The notes below the pieces were generated by a model. That model searched no databases and was not told where the DNA came from. It saw only the letters and a program-made list of their open reading frames with translations. Shown here piece by piece: positions 15,750 through 24,980 of a stretch of DNA of 32,000 nucleotides. A program made the position numbers and the translations under genes. The stretch is from NCBI RefSeq assembly GCF_900182575.1, contig NZ_FXSZ01000002.1:263501-295500 (forward strand), in the 5' to 3' direction. Origin of the DNA: Solitalea koreensis (lineage in GTDB: Bacteria; Bacteroidota; Bacteroidia; Sphingobacteriales; Sphingobacteriaceae). Within the stretch, counting starts at the first letter, position 1, and each line of letters opens with the position of its first letter.

Positions 15750-16280
15750 TTAGCGGGCTGCAAACATAAGAAGAGAATCTTTAATTCGCAACAAATATTT
15801 TCTTCTATAATAGTTATCCTTGATTATCAGCAACTTTTTTTTCTGATCAGCTGTATTCAGTCCTTCATAATCGGTTATTAAATAAGTTAATTCCTCCGAA
15901 AGGTCTGTTTCAAAAGCTTTCACCTGCCCTTGCACCCTCTTCAAACTTTCCTCATCACCATCCATCTGCAAGTCCATTAACTCTTCATTAATATCCATCA
16001 TCTCCATTAAAAAGGCTTGCGGCAATTGATACTTTTCACCGTCTTGAATTAAGCCATTTATTTCAAGGATGTATTCCAAACGCTTATCGGGGTTAGATAG
16101 CACCTTATAGGCATTGTTATTTAATGTAGAGAGCTCCAGTATTTCATCCTGCTTTTCCTGGGATTCATTCACATAAAAATCCGGGTGATATTCTTTACTG
16201 AATGCATAAAACTTCTTTTTCAGTACAGATTCATCAATAAAAAAAGAAACAGGAAGATCGTAAAATTGGAAATAGTTCAT
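15750..16280 (-). CDS. hscB: J-domain co-chaperone, HscB-like
   Basis: 176-aa ORF. The N-terminal J-domain has the HPD motif (LKKKFYAFSKEYHPDFY), followed by a helical C-terminal domain. Size and layout are typical of HscB-type co-chaperones. Confidence 0.7.
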   Translation of the reverse strand: MNYFQFYDLPVSFFIDESVLKKKFYAFSKEYHPDFYVNESQEKQDEILELSTLNNNAYKVLSNPDKRLEYILEINGLIQDGEKYQLPQAFLMEMMDINEELMDLQMDGDEESLKRVQGQVKAFETDLSEELTYLITDYEGLNTADQKKKLLIIKDNYYRRKYLLRIKDSLLMFAAR

Positions 16281-16411
16281 TGTTCGTATTGAGAGAGGAG
16301 TATTGTATATTGAGATCTAAGTAAGTAATGAGTGTCATTCCGATAACCTTCGGAACAAAGTTGATTGCAATTCACCAAGAGCAGCATCGTTTCATCACTT
16401 GACAAAAAGGA

Positions 16412-16459
16412 CTAATGAAAATGTGAGATTCGGTTTCTCAAATCTCACATTTTCATTAG
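16412..16459 (-). terminator. Long perfect hairpin, probable rseP terminator
   Basis: A 19-bp perfect inverted repeat: ctaatgaaaatgtgagatt (16412-16430) and aatctcacattttcattag (16441-16459), with a 10-nt loop. On the minus strand it is followed by TCCTTTTT. It begins 18 nt after the rseP stop codon. Confidence 0.7.
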
Positions 16460-16476
16460 ATACGTAACTAAAAAAT

Positions 16477-17796
16477 CTATTTTATCAATTTAAGAATATC
16501 ATTACCAAATGCAAAAATCATTAAACCGATAAGAATTACAAAGCCTACCATTTGTGCACGTTCCATAAACTTATCACTTAATGGCTTGCCCTTTATCATT
16601 TCAACAACAAGAAACACGGCATGTCCACCATCAAGAGCCGGTATCGGCAATAGATTCATAAAAGCAAGCACCAATGAAATTAAACCCGTCAAGGTCCAGA
16701 ATTTAGCCCAATCAAAGGTCGAGCCGTACAGCTTAGCCATACCAATTGGACCTTGTAAGGCTTTTGTCGGCTTAACTTCACCTTTAAGAATCTTACCAAA
16801 ACCTTTAGTTTGGTCAACCAGTGTTTGTTTCGCTTTTTCAGCACCAATTGGCAATGCTTCCAGAAGACTATAGTTCTGCGTTTTATAGTTAACATCAATA
16901 ATCTTTGGCATAAAACCAATTGTTCCGTCTTCAGTCACTTGCACTTTAAGCTTATTCGGCTGACCGTTACGAACAATGGTTAATTCAACCATTTGATTTT
17001 TATAAGCAGCTAAGGCCGCTTGCAAATCATCAAAAAAATCAATTTTGGTTACGTTAACAGCAGTTATGTTATCATCTGGTAATAAACCGGCTTTTTCGGC
17101 ATTGCTACCAAGCACCAACTCTCCTACTCTAAACTGAACCCGAGGCGCTATAAAACTTCCTTTAGGAGCATCGGTTACCTTTTCAATAAAATCAGCCGGT
17201 ACCTTAATGATTAAGCGCTCAGAATCACGTTCAACCGTAAGATCCACATTGCCTAAAAGCACTTTAGCACCTAGAAGATCTTCAAAACGATCAACTGGTG
17301 TTCCGTTAACAGCTGTGATCTTATCGCCGGTTTTCAATCCGATTTCCTGGGCTAAGGGATAAGCTACAATACCGTTTTTAACTTCAGAATTAGGTGTATA
17401 GGTTTCGCCGTATTTAAAGGCAAGCATCCAAAAGATGAAAACACCTACAATTACGTTCACGATAATACCACCTAACATTACGATTAAACGTTGCCAAGCT
17501 GGTTTTGAACGAAATTCCCAAGGTTGTGCGGGCTCCTTCATGGCGTCAACATCCATTGACTCATCAATCATCCCTGCAATTTTTACATAACCACCCAATG
17601 GTAACCAACCCACTCCATATTCAGTATCACCTTTTTTAAAGCTGAATAATTTTACACCCCAAGCGTCAAAAAACAAATAGAATTTTTCGACTTTAATTCC
17701 AAAAGCACGAGCTGCCAAATAATGACCCAACTCGTGTAAAACAACCAAAATTGACAACCCGGCCAACAATTGGGCCGCCATGATTAATCCACTCAT
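16477..17796 (-). CDS. rseP: RIP zinc metalloprotease RseP (site-2 protease, M50 family, PDZ domains)
   Basis: 439-aa ORF. HELGHYLAARAFG (HExxH) sits in TM1 and the C-terminal NLLPIPALDGGH motif is present. The central PDZ-like regions contain GLKTGDKITAVNG and GLLPDDNITAVN. Confidence 0.92.
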   Translation of the reverse strand: MSGLIMAAQLLAGLSILVVLHELGHYLAARAFGIKVEKFYLFFDAWGVKLFSFKKGDTEYGVGWLPLGGYVKIAGMIDESMDVDAMKEPAQPWEFRSKPAWQRLIVMLGGIIVNVIVGVFIFWMLAFKYGETYTPNSEVKNGIVAYPLAQEIGLKTGDKITAVNGTPVDRFEDLLGAKVLLGNVDLTVERDSERLIIKVPADFIEKVTDAPKGSFIAPRVQFRVGELVLGSNAEKAGLLPDDNITAVNVTKIDFFDDLQAALAAYKNQMVELTIVRNGQPNKLKVQVTEDGTIGFMPKIIDVNYKTQNYSLLEALPIGAEKAKQTLVDQTKGFGKILKGEVKPTKALQGPIGMAKLYGSTFDWAKFWTLTGLISLVLAFMNLLPIPALDGGHAVFLVVEMIKGKPLSDKFMERAQMVGFVILIGLMIFAFGNDILKLIK

Positions 17797-17900
17797 TATT
17801 TGCTATGCGTTATATTTAATTTAATAAGTATTGATTTACACTAACCAACAAGTAATTAGTGTTGAAATTTCCGAAATGTTACAATCGAATTTTATTATTT

Positions 17901-19052
17901 CTACAAAGTAATTAATTCTCCAGCCATTTTGCGCGCTTCCCTATCTGTTTGAACGTAATCCTCGTAACAAGGTTTCGACACATAGGTAACTTTCTCCATA
18001 CAGGCTTCAATTACATCCGACATTTGTAAAAAACCGATTCTGTCCTTCAAAAATGCATCCACAACCACTTCGTTGGCAGCATTTATGACACAAGGACAGT
18101 TTCCGCCACGATTCATGGCCTCAAAAGCAAGGGCAAGATTACGGAACGTTTTAGTATCAGGAGATTTAAACGTTAGATTATTGAAATTATCAAAACTGAA
18201 ACGCGGAAAATCATTTTTTATTCTCTGAGGATAAGCTAAAGCATATTGAATAGGCAGTTTCATGTCAGGAAGTCCGAGTTGAGCTTTTATAGAGCCATCC
18301 TGAAACTGTACCAATGAATGTATAATTGACTGAGGATGAACCACCACCTCGATTTGATTAATATCTAAATTGAACAACCATTTTGCCTCAATTACTTCTA
18401 ATCCTTTATTCATCAAGCTGGCTGAATCAATGGTAATCTTTGCGCCCATTGTCCAGTTTGGGTGTTTTAATGCCTGCGTTTTGGTTACAGCTAAAAGATC
18501 TTCACGTTCTTTTCCAAGAAATGGCCCTCCGGAAGCCGTTAAAATAATTTTTTCAATCGGATTATGCTCCTCTCCTACCAAACATTGAAAAATAGCGGAA
18601 TGTTCAGAATCAACGGGTAAAATATCGACCTTATGCAATTTAGCAAGTTCGGTGATCAAATCGCCGCCAACCACTAAGGTTTCTTTGTTAGCGAGTGCAA
18701 TATTTTTATGAGCCTTTATGGCAGCAATGGTGGGTTTTAATCCCGCATAACCAACCAGAGCCGTTAACACGATGTCAACGGAATCCAATTGCACAATTTC
18801 AACTAATGCATCTTCTCCGGCTAATACTTCAATCGATGTATTTGCTAAAACCTGCTTTACCTGATTATATTTTTCTTGATCAGAAATGACCACTGCACGT
18901 GGTATAAACTCAAGCGCTTGCTCAATAAGTACATCAGCACTACCATTAACGGTCAATACCTCTGCCCTAAATTTATCAGGATTCGCCCTAATTACCTCCA
19001 ACGCCTGCGTGCCAATCGACCCGCTTGAACCTAAAATTGCTACTCTTTTCAT
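17901..19052 (-). CDS. dxr: 1-deoxy-D-xylulose-5-phosphate reductoisomerase
   Basis: 383-aa ORF with ILGSSGSIGTQALEV (NADPH-binding), LANKETLV, PVDSEHSAIFQC and ASGGPF motifs characteristic of Dxr. Confidence 0.95.
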   Translation of the reverse strand: MKRVAILGSSGSIGTQALEVIRANPDKFRAEVLTVNGSADVLIEQALEFIPRAVVISDQEKYNQVKQVLANTSIEVLAGEDALVEIVQLDSVDIVLTALVGYAGLKPTIAAIKAHKNIALANKETLVVGGDLITELAKLHKVDILPVDSEHSAIFQCLVGEEHNPIEKIILTASGGPFLGKEREDLLAVTKTQALKHPNWTMGAKITIDSASLMNKGLEVIEAKWLFNLDINQIEVVVHPQSIIHSLVQFQDGSIKAQLGLPDMKLPIQYALAYPQRIKNDFPRFSFDNFNNLTFKSPDTKTFRNLALAFEAMNRGGNCPCVINAANEVVVDAFLKDRIGFLQMSDVIEACMEKVTYVSKPCYEDYVQTDREARKMAGELITL

Positions 19053-19075
19053 CTCCCCTTCAGGATACTTCTATA

Positions 19076-20590
19076 CTAATTAATTTTATATAAGATTGTC
19101 AACGAAACTAACTCATCTGCTATTTTCCTGTCGTTTGACAATCTCGGCACTTTATTTTGGCCACCTAATTTGCCTTGAGAACGCATGTAATCAATAAAGG
19201 CTCCTTTTTTTAACATACGAATCTTTAATGGCTGCAAGATTTTACCATCTATTAAATCGAAATAGTAAACGTTCTTTTCCTGAAGCAGTTTATCCACCTT
19301 TTCCATAAACAGATCTGGATTTTCAGGCTGATGTTCACCAAACTCAACAAACCATTCATGGAAAGGCAAACCTCCATCCGGATCATTTACCTGAGGAGCT
19401 ACTGTGAACTCAACCACATCGACACCTTCCTCCTCCGCAGCTTTCATCAATGCATACTCTACTTCTTCACCGATAACATGTTCTCCAAAAGCAGAAATAT
19501 AATGTTTTATTCGACCCGAAACCACAATGCGATAAGGCTCTTTGGAAACAAATTTCACAGTATCTCCTATACTGTATCCCCAAAGACCTGCGTTGGTGTT
19601 TAAGATAATCGCATAATTTTTATCGAGTTCAACATCTTTCAAGGAAAGTCGGGTTGGATTTTCATTGAAATATTCTTCAGTTGGAATAAATTCGAAGAAT
19701 ATACCTGCATCAACATTTAATAACAATCCTTTTTCCTTTTGAGAATCCTGAAAAGCAATAAAACCTTCAGAAGCCGGATAAGTTTCAATAGAATCTACTT
19801 TGCGACCAATAACAGCTTCAAGTTTAGCACGGTAAGGTTCAAAGTTTACGCCACCATGTATAAAGAGGTTAAAATTTGGAAAAATGTCTTTAATCTTCTT
19901 TCCAGTTTTAGCGGCCAGCCGATCAAAATACATTTGAACCCAAGGAGGAATCCCGGAAATCAGAGACATATTTTCATTTATCGTTTCATCAACAATGGCG
20001 TTTACCTTTTGTTCCCAATCGTCCATACAATTGGTTTCATAACTCGGCATACGGTTCTTCTGCAAATAAGCAGGTACGTGATGAGCTGAAATGCCCGATA
20101 GACGACCCACTTTAATACCGTTCTTCTCTTCCATTTCAGGACTGCCTTGAAGGAAAATCATCTTACCATCTACAAAATCAGCATTACCTGTTTCAGCAAT
20201 GTATAACAGCAAAGCATTACGAGCAGCATTAATATGCTCAGGCATTGATTCTTTACTTATCGGAATATATTTTACACCCGAAGTTGTTCCTGAAGTTTTG
20301 GCAAAATAAAGTGGTTTTCCAGGCCAAAGAACATCCTTTTCTCCTTCAACAACGCGATCAATGTATGGACGCAAATCCTCATAATCAACAATGGGAACCT
20401 GCTTTATAAAGTCTTCGTAGGAATGAATTTTTGAAAAATGATGATCACGACCATAAGCCGTTTGTTTGGCCTGACTAAGCAATTTATGCATCCATTTATC
20501 CTGTAAAGCAACAGCATTATTCTTCCACTTATTTACACGAGCAGAAACGAGATTAGCATAAGGTTTACTCAGAGCAGCTTTAATTCCCAT
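19076..20590 (-). CDS. Bacterial GH3 (auxin-responsive promoter) family protein, adenylate-forming-enzyme-like
   Basis: The ORF track starts at a TTG (20599). The first ATG (20590, MGIKAALSKPY...) is more plausible. YFAKTSGTTSGVKYIPIS resembles the acyl-adenylate P-loop of the GH3/JAR1 family. The gene is tightly linked (23-nt gap) to dxr. Confidence 0.75.
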   Translation of the reverse strand: MGIKAALSKPYANLVSARVNKWKNNAVALQDKWMHKLLSQAKQTAYGRDHHFSKIHSYEDFIKQVPIVDYEDLRPYIDRVVEGEKDVLWPGKPLYFAKTSGTTSGVKYIPISKESMPEHINAARNALLLYIAETGNADFVDGKMIFLQGSPEMEEKNGIKVGRLSGISAHHVPAYLQKNRMPSYETNCMDDWEQKVNAIVDETINENMSLISGIPPWVQMYFDRLAAKTGKKIKDIFPNFNLFIHGGVNFEPYRAKLEAVIGRKVDSIETYPASEGFIAFQDSQKEKGLLLNVDAGIFFEFIPTEEYFNENPTRLSLKDVELDKNYAIILNTNAGLWGYSIGDTVKFVSKEPYRIVVSGRIKHYISAFGEHVIGEEVEYALMKAAEEEGVDVVEFTVAPQVNDPDGGLPFHEWFVEFGEHQPENPDLFMEKVDKLLQEKNVYYFDLIDGKILQPLKIRMLKKGAFIDYMRSQGKLGGQNKVPRLSNDRKIADELVSLTILYKIN

Positions 20591-20841
20591 AAGGGGCAAA
20601 TATAGGCTTTGAAAGGAAGATTAAAGATCTAAAAAAGTGAAAATTAGTAATACAACAATGATGAGGTAGATAAATTCATTTCCAGAAAGAGAATTATTGA
20701 ATTAAAAAATCATAAAACTGAACCTATATGAACTATTTTAATTGACTATAAGTTTGAGCTCCAATAGACCACAAATACAATTATTAATTATTGGAAATAA
20801 AAAATAACTTGCAATTTAATTTATGACATTCAACCTAAACT

Positions 20842-22086
20842 ATGAAAAAAAAGATAACTATACTGATTTTCGCCTTTTTATCATTGATTTTAGTTTATTT
20901 GATTTTCTTCAATAAGAAAAAAGAGCAATTACCAATTACAGCGGAAGCCCAAAAAACTGACTTTAAAGATCAAGTGCTGTGTAGCGGAGAATTACTAGCA
21001 GAATTCTCAGAAGACATTAATGGACCTACGAGTTTGGCAAGGTTTAATATTTATGAGGTAAAGCTGCAAGACATTATTGCTGAAGGTACAGAAGTTAAAA
21101 AAGGTGATTATATCTGTTCTCTAGACAAATCGGCTATTAGTCCAAAAATAAATGAAGCCAATGAGAGCTTGGTAAAAGCAAAATCAGAACTTACTAAAAC
21201 CTCACTTGATACAGCTTTAACCTTACGAGAAGCCCGAGTTGAAATTAACAATCAATTTTACGAAATCGAGCAAAAAAGCCTCGTCTTACAACAGAGTAAG
21301 TACGAACCACCTGCCACGATAAGGCAAGCAGAACTGGAACTTGAAAAGACCAAGCGTGAGTTAAAAATAAAAAAGGAAGATTATCGATTAAAACAAGAAA
21401 AGCAAATTGCTCTTATGAAGGCTGCTAATTCCGACGTGCAAGTATTTCAGAATAGAGTAAACGAATTAATGGCCCTACAAAACAGCTTTGTTATTAATGC
21501 TCCTAAAAATGGTTTAGTAATCTACAAAACCGACTGGAACGGTAGGAAAATAAAATCAGGATCGACTATTAGCCCATGGAACCCGGTTGTAGCTTCCCTT
21601 CCTAACTTATCAAGTATGTTAACCAAAACGTTTATCAATGAAGTTGATATTCGTAAGATCAAAAAAAACCAATTAGTACAAGTTGGTTTTGATGCCTTTC
21701 CAAACATCAAGTTACCTGGAAAAGTGATCTCTGTTGCCAATATGGGAGAAGCTCAACATGGCTCAGACAACAAAGTATTTGAGGTAATGATAAAACTAGA
21801 AAAATTAAATCCCGCTATAAAACCGGGTATGAGTACCTCAAATGCTATTCTTATTAGTGAGATAAAAAATCAATTAACTATTCCGCTTGAGGCTGTTTAC
21901 TCCGATCATAACCTAAGTTATGCCTATGTAAAAAACGGATCGACGATTGATAAAAAGGAAATAAAGCTAGGAGCAGTAAACGAAAATGAAGCAATTATTT
22001 TAAAAGGGTTGAACGAAAAAGAAACCGTGTTGCTCACTGAACCTGAATCAGCAAAAAAACTATCAATTATTCGATTAACGAAATAA
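20842..22086 (+). CDS. Efflux transporter periplasmic adaptor subunit (HlyD/MacA-type membrane fusion protein)
   Basis: 414-aa ORF with an N-terminal TM anchor (ITILIFAFLSLILVYLIFF), a long coiled-coil hairpin region, lipoyl-like segments and a C-terminal beta-barrel. It lies immediately upstream of an FtsX-type permease and TolC. Confidence 0.85.
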   Translation: MKKKITILIFAFLSLILVYLIFFNKKKEQLPITAEAQKTDFKDQVLCSGELLAEFSEDINGPTSLARFNIYEVKLQDIIAEGTEVKKGDYICSLDKSAISPKINEANESLVKAKSELTKTSLDTALTLREARVEINNQFYEIEQKSLVLQQSKYEPPATIRQAELELEKTKRELKIKKEDYRLKQEKQIALMKAANSDVQVFQNRVNELMALQNSFVINAPKNGLVIYKTDWNGRKIKSGSTISPWNPVVASLPNLSSMLTKTFINEVDIRKIKKNQLVQVGFDAFPNIKLPGKVISVANMGEAQHGSDNKVFEVMIKLEKLNPAIKPGMSTSNAILISEIKNQLTIPLEAVYSDHNLSYAYVKNGSTIDKKEIKLGAVNENEAIILKGLNEKETVLLTEPESAKKLSIIRLTK

Positions 22087-22101
22087 TCAGACTAAACATC
22101 T

Positions 22102-23445
22102 ATGATAAGTATTTTTAATGATCGCAATCTCAACAGTCTTGAGATTGCCTTTTCTTCGATCATGGCAAACAAGGTCAGAGGGGTTCTTACTGCGCTGGGA
22201 ATTATTTTTGGCGTGGCTGCCATTATTACAATGCTAGCTATTGGCAAAGGTGCCGAGGCCGAAATTTTAGAACAACTTAAAACAACAGGAGTAAACAATA
22301 TTATTATTAACGCCATTGATCTGAATAATAATGAATCAGCGACTAAAAAAGAAGAAACAGAAAATGAGGCTGTGAAACCAATAGCTCAAACTAAACTTTT
22401 TTCAAAAGGCTTAAGCTTAGAGGATGTAAAAAGTATTAAATCTATCGCCAATACGGTAGAAGATATTAGTCCTGAAGCACAATTTGAAACTAGCCTCATG
22501 TGCGCTGGGCGGAAGCAACAAATAAAGTTAATTGGCATCACCTCTTCTTTTATAAATACCAATGCTTTGGAAATTTCGCAAGGAAATCACTTCAATAAAA
22601 CTCAAGAAGAAGAGGGACTGGCTGTTTGTATTATCGGAAACGATATAAAAAAGCGTTTTTTTACTACCGAAGATGCAATTGGTAAATACATTAAATGTGG
22701 TAATCAATGGCTAAAAGTTGTGGGGGGGATCAAAGAAAAAAAAAACAATAAAACCGCGCAAAAAAACTTCGGTATTCGTGATCAAAACAGTGATATTTAT
22801 GTACCTATTCAAACGTTATTAATTCGTTATCAAAACCCCGCAATAATAAAACCACAATCATCCAATGCTGAAGAAGAAAATCAAAAACAAACAAACCACC
22901 AAATAAAACGCCTTACTGTTAAAGTAAAATCAAGTGATGATTTAGAAGCTACAGCTGAGCTGATTACCAAACTTCTAAAACGACGTCATAACCAGGTTAT
23001 GGATTTTGAGGTAATAATTCCTGAAATACTGCTCAAACAAGAGAAAAAAACCAAGGAAATCTTCAGTTTTGTTTTAAGTGCTATAGCTGGCATTTCATTA
23101 TTGGTTGGAGGTATTGGTATTATGAATATTATGCTGGCCTCGGTACTTGAGCGTACCAAAGAAATTGGTACTCGTTTAGCCATTGGTGCTCAGAAACGTG
23201 ATATTATCAAACAATTTTTGTTCGAAGCAATTTTAATCAGCCTTTCGGGTGGCATTATAGGTATCGTATTGGGTGTTAGCGGTGCTTTATTAGTTGCCAA
23301 AATTGCTAAAATTAACACTCTCATTTCGGGCTTCTCAATTATCATCTCATTTGCGGTAGCATCAGGAGTGGGTATTATTTTTGGCTATACTCCTGCAAAA
23401 AAAGCAGCCAACCAAAATCCTATTGAATCATTACGCTATGAATAA
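22102..23445 (+). CDS. ABC transporter permease, MacB/FtsX family (no nucleotide-binding domain)
   Basis: 447-aa ORF with an N-terminal TM (GVLTALGIIFGVAAIITMLAIG), a large periplasmic MacB_PCD-like domain, and the C-terminal FtsX module (GGIGIMNIMLASVLERTKEIGTRLAIGAQKRDI...). Confidence 0.85.
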   Translation: MISIFNDRNLNSLEIAFSSIMANKVRGVLTALGIIFGVAAIITMLAIGKGAEAEILEQLKTTGVNNIIINAIDLNNNESATKKEETENEAVKPIAQTKLFSKGLSLEDVKSIKSIANTVEDISPEAQFETSLMCAGRKQQIKLIGITSSFINTNALEISQGNHFNKTQEEEGLAVCIIGNDIKKRFFTTEDAIGKYIKCGNQWLKVVGGIKEKKNNKTAQKNFGIRDQNSDIYVPIQTLLIRYQNPAIIKPQSSNAEEENQKQTNHQIKRLTVKVKSSDDLEATAELITKLLKRRHNQVMDFEVIIPEILLKQEKKTKEIFSFVLSAIAGISLLVGGIGIMNIMLASVLERTKEIGTRLAIGAQKRDIIKQFLFEAILISLSGGIIGIVLGVSGALLVAKIAKINTLISGFSIIISFAVASGVGIIFGYTPAKKAANQNPIESLRYE

Positions 23446-24904
23446 AAATTTCCTAAGCTTGGTTTCTTTATTGATAACTTTTACCACCGTAAAAGCACAA
23501 TCTGATTTATTGCTGCTAAAAGATGTTGTCAGAAAAGCCCAGGTTCAATCACCTGCTTACTTCAGAGCCCGGAATATGGCTTTAAACCATATGTATTCAT
23601 ATAATGTTTACAAAGCCGGCTTATTGCCACGTTTTCAACTAGAAGGCGTCGTTACCGACTATTCAAAAGCAATTTCAAAAGTACAACAGCCAGACGGAAC
23701 CAATGATTTTAGGAATAGTGAGCAAAATTCCAGCTCAGTGGGTTTGTCTGCTACACAAAACATAGGTTTAACAGGCGGGACATTAACACTTAACTCCAGT
23801 TGGCTACGTAACGATGTTTTTAATCCTGAATCCAGATTGAATTATTATTCTGTTCCTTTTTCCGTTCGCTATAACCAACCTGTATTGCTATATAATCGAT
23901 ATAAATGGGAAAATAAAATCCAGCCGCTTCTCTATGAAGAATCAAGGCGACAGTACGTAGAAGATATGGAGAGTGTAGCTCTCCAAACGAACAGTTTATA
24001 TTTCAATGCACTTACTGCTCAAATTGAATTAGGTATTGCTAAAATAAACGTAGCTAATACAGACACACTTTATAAAATTGCACGTGGTCGCTATGAAATT
24101 GGTAAGATTGCCGAAAATGATCTGCTACAAATGGAATTGGGATATTTAAATGCACAAAACTCATTGGAGCAGTTAAAACTAAAGCTTGAAATTACTTATC
24201 AGGAATTAAAGCGATTTCTTGACTTACCTGTGAGTAAAGAGATTGAATTAAATATTCCTGATAAGGTTCCACAAATACAGGTTCCGGTAGAGAAAGCCCT
24301 TAGTGAAGCGAAAGAAAATCGGCAGTCTGTACTTTCATTTAGGCGAAAACGCTTGGAAGCAGAACGTGATATTGCAGAAGCCCGCAGTGAAAATGGGTTT
24401 AATATAAATTTGGCCGCAAACATTGGTAAATCCCAACAAAGTACAGATTTAAATAATTTGTACCGTAACAGTTTACCTCAACAAAATTTGCAGATTGGCA
24501 TATCTGTTCCATTGCTTGACTGGGGACAAACAAAATCACGCATTAAACAGGCAAAAGCAAATAAAGAATTAATTGAGGTAGATGTTAAACAAGAAGAAAC
24601 CAATTTTGACCAAGAGATTTATTTGCAAGTAATGCAGTTTAACATGCAAAATAAACAACTGTTAATTGCTGCCAAAGCCGATACCATTGCCGAAAAACGG
24701 TATGAAGTAACCAAACAACGTTATTATATTGGCAAAATCAGTATTACTGAACTCAATTTGGCTCAAACAGAAAAAGACCAAGCCAAACAGTTATTCATAA
24801 ATGCTTTACGGGTGTATTGGAACTCTTACTTTACCATTCGTCGGCTTACCTTGTATGATTTCGAAGAGAATAAAAAGATTAATTTTCAGCTGAAAGAAAA
24901 TTAA
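23438..24904 (+). CDS. TolC-family outer-membrane efflux protein
   Basis: The track ORF begins at 23381 inside the permease gene. The ATG at 23438 gives MNKNFLSLVSLLITFTTVKAQ (signal peptide) and overlaps the permease stop (ATGAATAA). Two repeated alpha/beta OEP-like halves are visible. Confidence 0.85.
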   Translation: MNKNFLSLVSLLITFTTVKAQSDLLLLKDVVRKAQVQSPAYFRARNMALNHMYSYNVYKAGLLPRFQLEGVVTDYSKAISKVQQPDGTNDFRNSEQNSSSVGLSATQNIGLTGGTLTLNSSWLRNDVFNPESRLNYYSVPFSVRYNQPVLLYNRYKWENKIQPLLYEESRRQYVEDMESVALQTNSLYFNALTAQIELGIAKINVANTDTLYKIARGRYEIGKIAENDLLQMELGYLNAQNSLEQLKLKLEITYQELKRFLDLPVSKEIELNIPDKVPQIQVPVEKALSEAKENRQSVLSFRRKRLEAERDIAEARSENGFNINLAANIGKSQQSTDLNNLYRNSLPQQNLQIGISVPLLDWGQTKSRIKQAKANKELIEVDVKQEETNFDQEIYLQVMQFNMQNKQLLIAAKADTIAEKRYEVTKQRYYIGKISITELNLAQTEKDQAKQLFINALRVYWNSYFTIRRLTLYDFEENKKINFQLKEN

Positions 24905-24910
24905 AAAAAA

Positions 24911-24955
24911 TTGCCAATTGAGTATAAATAGTCTTTAATTATGCTCAATTGACAA
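24911..24955. terminator. Bidirectional terminator between convergent tolC-like and GT4 genes
   Basis: caattgagtata (24915-24926) pairs with tatgctcaattg (24940-24951) at 11/12 positions. An A8 run flanks it on the plus strand, which is T8 on the minus strand after the hairpin. Confidence 0.6.
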
Positions 24956-24980
24956 TAAATTTTACAAAAAACCAGTAATT

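Noticed and set aside
16586-20089. Short track ORFs at 16586-16873, 16689-16919, 18370-18588, 18695-18889, 18886-19083, 19331-19603 and 19739-20089
   Set aside because: They are shadow or alternate-frame ORFs inside rseP, dxr and the GH3-family gene, with no independent support.
20600-20841. The 242-nt divergent intergenic region upstream of the efflux operon, as a possible riboswitch or sRNA
   Set aside because: It is very AT-rich with no convincing conserved stem architecture or recognisable riboswitch core. It most likely holds just two divergent promoters.
23381-23437. Upstream start of the TolC-like ORF as given in the track
   Set aside because: It would overlap the permease gene by 65 nt and put 19 residues in front of an obvious signal peptide. 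The ATG at 23438, which overlaps the permease stop, is the natural start.
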